Virus record (IMG/VR): IMGVR_UViG_3300027850_000002
Coordinates: 32,001-96,000 of that record
Origin: a virus
Strand: one strand, 5' to 3'
DNA: 64,000 bases
Shown here: positions 60,301-64,000 of the stretch, one piece after another
Layout of the letters: the number at the start of each line of letters is the position of its first letter
Numbering within the stretch: the first letter of the stretch is position 1
The notes under the pieces: generated by a model
What the model was told of the DNA's origin: nothing
Databases searched by the model: none
Seen by the model: the letters and a program-made list of their open reading frames with translations, nothing else
Made by a program: the position numbers and the translations under genes

Positions 60301-61755
60301 AAGACGCCGTTCGCCTACGACAAGCTGCAGAGCATGCTTACGGGCGCCGGCGTCAAGGTCACAAAGACAGGCTCGAGGCTCGCGTTGGGACCTTTGACCG
60401 ACGCCGACGTCAAGTCGATGTCCTCAGGTGCGCTCAAGGATCCGAGCAAGCTCATTCGCGCCAAGGACCTTCGTCCCGAGACACACGGTCTGTTCGACCC
60501 CGGCATGACCGGCGGTATGGCAGGAACGAAATGGTCACACGTCGATTTGCACGAACCGATCGTCAACCCAGTGTTCGAAGAGCCGGTCCGTCGACTGCTT
60601 GGGCTCACGCAGAAGGAGTTCACGGAGCGCGTCGGCAAAGGCGGGCAGTGGTTCAAAACCGCACTCAATGAGATTCACGTCGACAACAAACTGAAGGACC
60701 TGACAGCACAGTCAAAGAAGGCGCGCGGACCAGCGCTCGATGGTGTGGTGAAGCAGATCAAGTATCTCGGGGCGCTAAAGGAACGTGGCCTCAAGCCTGC
60801 GGACGCCTACGTCATCTCAATGGTGCCCGTGACACCGCCCGTGATTCGTCCAATCCTTCCGCTTCAAGATGGGCGACTGCAGGTCAGCGATGCGAACCTC
60901 CTCTACAAGGATGCATTCCTCGCGAACCACCAACTCCGAGAATCAGCGAAGACGTTGCCGTCGTCGGAACTTCCGATGCCTCGTCAACATCTCTACGACG
61001 CGGTGAGCGCGCTTTACGGCGTGGGTGACCCCGTCAGCCCAGGTGCAGAGAAGCGCGGAGCCAAAGGCTACCTCGCGGCCATCACAGGTACGCGCCCTGG
61101 AAGTGGGTTCTTCCAGTCCAAGATCATGAAGCGTCAACAAGACGTCAGTGGTCGCGCGACCATCGCGCCTGACCCTACCTTGTCAATGGACGAGATTGGC
61201 GTGCCTGAAGGCATGCTCTGGGGCATGTATGGAAAGTTCGTCATCGGGCGCTTGGTCCGACGCGGCTATACAGCAACGGATGCGCAGAAGATGGTGGATG
61301 ATCGTGTCCCGACTGCACGGGATGAATTGATCAATGAATCACATGAACGTCCGGTCATGGTCAACCGAGCACCGTCATTGCATCGTTTCAACATCGTGGG
61401 GGCGTATCCCAAGATTGTTGAGGGAAAGACGCTCAAGCTAAACCCGTTCGCTGAAAAAGGGATGAACGCGGACTACGATGGGGATGCGCTACAGATCCAC
61501 GCTCCGGTAACACCTGGAGGCATCGAAGACGTCAAAAAGATGACGCTCTCGCACCTGATCTTCGCGGACAAACGTCCCGGCGTCTTGAACATCGCGCCTG
61601 ACATGGAGGCCGTGCTCGGGCTGCACCGTGCCACGCAGGTGGCCACCAATAAGAAGCTCAAGCACTTCGAGTCGCAAGAAGAAGCGATGGCGGCGTACCA
61701 CCGCGGGGACATCACCCTCAACGACCCCATCGAAATCAAAGGCAAGCACCTATAA
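57340..61755 (+). CDS. rpoB: Phage RNA polymerase: beta subunit fused to the N-terminal (catalytic) half of beta'
   Basis: Beta motifs TFILDGTE, RDVHPTHFG, GDKLSNRFGNKG, GKME; then beta' motifs GLFD, PVTPPVIRP, SGRATI, NRAPSLH, NADYDGD. Confidence 0.95.
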   Translation: MVPLRPMLEDAATRREMIRKKVIEGLEQSFPLKAGKHMVELSNVRVDPQEFSSREQKRAVLEGKTLSERVRGDITVKNAAGGVVDHSKDFTLLQLPYFTPRHTFILDGTEYSVSNQLRTKPGAYVRRRGNEELEATFNLSKGANFRVSMEPEKGLLYMQPSHTTTKIPLHPILRALGMPHQDIAAGWGSEIAGMNRDAWKNPDKHVSKLYETLIHPAKQVAATTEDRAHALREYFSATAMDPEVTAHTLGYPYDKASSSSILAASKKLLDVHRAAADVDDRDSLAFKTFHSVDDFVKERVQLEARAMRAKLGWKLDASHGNLKKALPAGPFTRSMHGLLVGSSLSAVPMQINPMELLDEASRVTMLGEGAIASERAIPLEARDVHPTHFGILDPARTPESFKVGVDLRATIGARRDDKGNLYAPVRDIKSGAATYLKAGDMAKSVIAFPGEHVGPGKMVDAMAHGVVSRVSSDKVTHQLEHVADQYGPTSNLLPLVYGIQANRVLMASKHQGQALPLTYREAPLVQVASWKPGTSVEREMVKLIVPTARFAGMVTKIDDDHIHITPHTDKHASEAASEVETRLERVKVAATEPHKLHYDVHFPLAAKTMLHNELTVKVGDRVEKDQLLAHSNFTKDGTLALGTNLRVAYMPYRGLNTNDGIVVSQGAADKLTSEHMYQHALSRDGDVQLGREKHRTYFGSRYTAEQYNKLDDDGVVKPGTTLHKGDLIVAGIRENKVTGDALLLGKLSKSLVKPYQEVTQVWTHDHPGTVIDVAKTAKQAAASVRTQETLQIGDKLSNRFGNKGVIAKIIPDHQMIQDEHGRPVDLLFTSAGIVSRINPAQVIETALGKVAEKIGKPIVVPQYTPGRDNIQFAKNLLKEHGLTDKETVLDPMTGKKIPNIVVGKSYILKLFKTTDSNWAAHGAEKYDYNQQPARGGDEGAKGIGKMEFDGLVAHNARNVLREAASIKSQRNDEFWRAIQLGLPTPSPKTPFAYDKLQSMLTGAGVKVTKTGSRLALGPLTDADVKSMSSGALKDPSKLIRAKDLRPETHGLFDPGMTGGMAGTKWSHVDLHEPIVNPVFEEPVRRLLGLTQKEFTERVGKGGQWFKTALNEIHVDNKLKDLTAQSKKARGPALDGVVKQIKYLGALKERGLKPADAYVISMVPVTPPVIRPILPLQDGRLQVSDANLLYKDAFLANHQLRESAKTLPSSELPMPRQHLYDAVSALYGVGDPVSPGAEKRGAKGYLAAITGTRPGSGFFQSKIMKRQQDVSGRATIAPDPTLSMDEIGVPEGMLWGMYGKFVIGRLVRRGYTATDAQKMVDDRVPTARDELINESHERPVMVNRAPSLHRFNIVGAYPKIVEGKTLKLNPFAEKGMNADYDGDALQIHAPVTPGGIEDVKKMTLSHLIFADKRPGVLNIAPDMEAVLGLHRATQVATNKKLKHFESQEEAMAAYHRGDITLNDPIEIKGKHL

Positions 61756-61756
61756 T
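61749..61756 (+). promoter_or_regulatory. CCTATAAT candidate phage promoter
   Basis: Overlaps the RNAP stop codon, 5 nt before GTG at 61762. Confidence 0.55.
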
Positions 61757-61761
61757 AAAGC

Positions 61762-62130
61762 GTGTCCTTCGTCAGCAACGCGCACGGTCGAGGCGTGGTC
61801 GCCGCTCTCGTGCGGTTCGGTCTCAAGAACGCAGCCGAGGAGCTGCGGCTGAAAATCCCGAGCCGTACGTTTCACGGATTCGACGCGGCCCACAAAACAG
61901 AAGCGGACCGCGGCGCGAAGAAAGCAGCTGACGAGATCGAGGGCAACGCGAACAACCTCGCGGACATGTTCAAGCAGCTCGAAGAGGGTGTTTCACCCGC
62001 CGTTCAGCTTGCCTCGCGTGACCCGCTCGATCGACAAGTGTCGTGGGGCGCACCGTCGAACCTTGCGGCCGGCGATGCGGGGAACCGCGTTAGTGATATG
62101 GGACAACCAACCGGCTTTGGAGGCGTCTGA
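61762..62130 (+). CDS. Hypothetical protein with G-x3-A-x2-RF leader and K-x-A motifs
   Basis: GVVAALVRFGLKNAAEE, AKKAADE. Confidence 0.7.
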   Translation: MSFVSNAHGRGVVAALVRFGLKNAAEELRLKIPSRTFHGFDAAHKTEADRGAKKAADEIEGNANNLADMFKQLEEGVSPAVQLASRDPLDRQVSWGAPSNLAAGDAGNRVSDMGQPTGFGGV

Positions 62131-62537
62131 TGCTCGATCGTTTTGTTAACCAGGGTCGCATTGACGCGATGGTGCGTTTCAAGGTCAGCATGTCGCTGGG
62201 TAAACCAGGTGGCGGGAGTCGCTTCAGCGCTCCGCCAATGGCAGCAGCACCGGCTGCGGCTGCCGCCAGTGCGGGCGGCGGCGGTTTCATGGACAAGGCC
62301 AAAGCGTTCGGCAGTGGCCAGCTCGGGGCCGCGAAGGACCTTCTGGGCAATATGCGCCAAGGCCTCGGCGGAGCAGCGTCCCCCGAGCTAGGTGCGGCAG
62401 CTCGCGGTGCTGCGCTCGGCAATCTCAAGACTCTCGCGCCGTCGCTCCTCGCAGGCGGCGGTCTCTACTTGATGCACAAGCACAAGCAGGAGCAGGCGCA
62501 GGCGCGGCAGCAGCAGATGATGCCGGGCAGTTTCTGA
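62130..62537 (+). CDS. Gly/Ala-rich hypothetical protein with a similar leader
   Basis: GRIDAMVRFKVS; short hydrophobic segment near the C-terminus; TGATG coupling. Confidence 0.7.
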   Translation: MLDRFVNQGRIDAMVRFKVSMSLGKPGGGSRFSAPPMAAAPAAAAASAGGGGFMDKAKAFGSGQLGAAKDLLGNMRQGLGGAASPELGAAARGAALGNLKTLAPSLLAGGGLYLMHKHKQEQAQARQQQMMPGSF

Positions 62538-62548
62538 AACGTTGAACC

Positions 62549-64000
62549 ATGCCGACGACCCTTGGCCAACATCTCGTCGATTCGATCCTTCCACAGAAGT
62601 GGAAGGGTGGCGGCGTTCTGACCAAGGGCGCGTTGAACACCATGCTTCTGGGTGTGGCCAAGGACGACGTGCACAAGTACCCCGACGTCGTGACACGGCT
62701 CAAAAGGCTGGGTGACGAGGTCGCTACGCTCGACGGAATTTCCGTCGGTCTCGACGACATTGCACCGCACGCAACCGACCGTGACGCCGCGTTGAAGCCG
62801 CACGCTGACGCGTTCCACCAGGCGACGAACAACCCCGACAAGATCAAGGCCCTCATCGGCGGGCAGAACGCGATGCTCAACCTCGCGCGCAATCACCCCG
62901 GCACGATGGGTGAGATGGTACGTGCTGGCGGACGCGGCAACGCCGCGCAGCTCATGCGTACGGTTGGAGCGCCGGTGTTTGCCGAAGATTCCAAAGGGAA
63001 AGTCATCCCGTGGTTCGTCAACAAGAGCTTCTCCGAAGGACTCAAGCCGGCAGACGCATGGGTGATGGGCGGGCAGGCGCGCGTCAATGCGGTGGTCTCG
63101 AACATTTCGGTCGTTGAACCAGGAGACCTTGCCAAAATTCTCGTCAACAACATGGGCGACCAGCTCGTGTCGTCCGTCGACTGCGGAACGCACAATGGTC
63201 TCGCGATGCTTCCGACCGATGCCCACATCATCGATCGGTACCTGGCAGGCACGAATCAACTGATCACGCCGCAGCTTGCGTCGCACCTCGCCAAAGAAGG
63301 CAAGGACGTCATCGTGCGTTCACCGATGACTTGTCAGGCCGCACACGGTGTCTGTCAACACTGCCAGGGCTTGTCGACGTCAGGACACGCCCACCCCATC
63401 GGGACGAACATCGGCGTACGCGCGGCACAGGCCCTCGCGGAACCTCTCACCCAGTTCGCGCTCAACGCCAAGCACGGCGGACGTGTGGTTGGTGTCGACG
63501 ACGAGAAGCGGCTCGAGGGCATCAAAGGCGTGCGAGCACTGCTCGAGATTCCATCGTCGTTCGCGCACAAGGCCGTGCTCTCGGATCGTGACGGGTCGGT
63601 GTCAAAGATCGACAAGGCACCACAAGGCGGTCACTTCGTCTTCGTCGGCGCCGGCAGTCACTACGTACCGCCCGCGCACAAGGTGACGGTCAACGTCGGC
63701 CAGTCAATGTACGCGGGCGACCTGCTCTCAGACGGCGTTCCCAAGCCAGACGAAATCGTTCAACACAAGGGACTCGGCGAAGGACGGCGTTACCTCGTCG
63801 ACGCGCTCTCGGACGTCTACAAACGTGCCGGCTCCGAGATCGACAAACGGCACCTGGAAATCTTGGCCAAGAGCGTGCTCAACCACGTTCAGATCACAGA
63901 CCCAGGTCCGCACGATGCCTTTCTCAAAGGTGACATCGTCAACTACAACCAGTTCCAGTCGGCGGTCGCTGCGTCGAAACAACGGCGTCCGACGGCAGAC
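62549..64000 (+). CDS. rpoC: RNA polymerase beta' C-terminal half, partial (runs off window; not in ORF track)
   Basis: Manual translation MPTTLGQHLV...GISVGLDDI...GGRGN...SFSEGL...VRSPMTC...GVCQHC...GVRAAQALAEPLTQFALNAKH...IDKRHLEIL. Confidence 0.92.
   Translation, partial: MPTTLGQHLVDSILPQKWKGGGVLTKGALNTMLLGVAKDDVHKYPDVVTRLKRLGDEVATLDGISVGLDDIAPHATDRDAALKPHADAFHQATNNPDKIKALIGGQNAMLNLARNHPGTMGEMVRAGGRGNAAQLMRTVGAPVFAEDSKGKVIPWFVNKSFSEGLKPADAWVMGGQARVNAVVSNISVVEPGDLAKILVNNMGDQLVSSVDCGTHNGLAMLPTDAHIIDRYLAGTNQLITPQLASHLAKEGKDVIVRSPMTCQAAHGVCQHCQGLSTSGHAHPIGTNIGVRAAQALAEPLTQFALNAKHGGRVVGVDDEKRLEGIKGVRALLEIPSSFAHKAVLSDRDGSVSKIDKAPQGGHFVFVGAGSHYVPPAHKVTVNVGQSMYAGDLLSDGVPKPDEIVQHKGLGEGRRYLVDALSDVYKRAGSEIDKRHLEILAKSVLNHVQITDPGPHDAFLKGDIVNYNQFQSAVAASKQRRPTAD

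Noticed and set aside
57340-64000. Host chromosomal rpoBC locus or chimeric contig
   Set aside because: Highly divergent, fused and split, next to a portal-like gene, with no ribosomal protein genes around it
1-64000. Stop codon reassignment
   Set aside because: Conserved genes are full length in the standard code, and TAG, TGA and TAA all end genes at tight junctions

Overview
Segment of a large, GC-rich dsDNA tailed bacteriophage, probably jumbo-type with a contractile tail. No rRNA, tRNA or CRISPR is visible. The + strand carries virion, packaging and transcription genes: a tail chaperone pair with a -1 slippery site, tape measure, baseplate hub with an M23 peptidase, wedge and fibre genes, an intein-containing terminase, a putative portal, two sigma-70-like factors, and a multisubunit RNA polymerase. 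The - strand carries replication, recombination and nucleotide metabolism genes: RNase HII, DinG, class II RNR, RuvC, DUF932, MoxR/VWA, a DEDDh exonuclease, a UDG-PolA fusion, a primase-helicase, two Cas4-like nucleases and an SNF2 helicase. Most notable: (1) a rearranged minimal RNAP (beta fused to the N-half of beta', with the C-half of beta' as a separate gene); (2) a recurrent K-x-A motif and shared N-terminal leader on likely virion-internal proteins, including a sigma factor and an insert in the RNAP, suggesting a packaged, protease-matured transcription system; (3) two highly structured intergenic RNAs on the - strand, one with a kissing loop and a pseudoknot; (4) three candidate phage promoter motifs. 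All functional calls come from reading motifs by eye; no searches were run.
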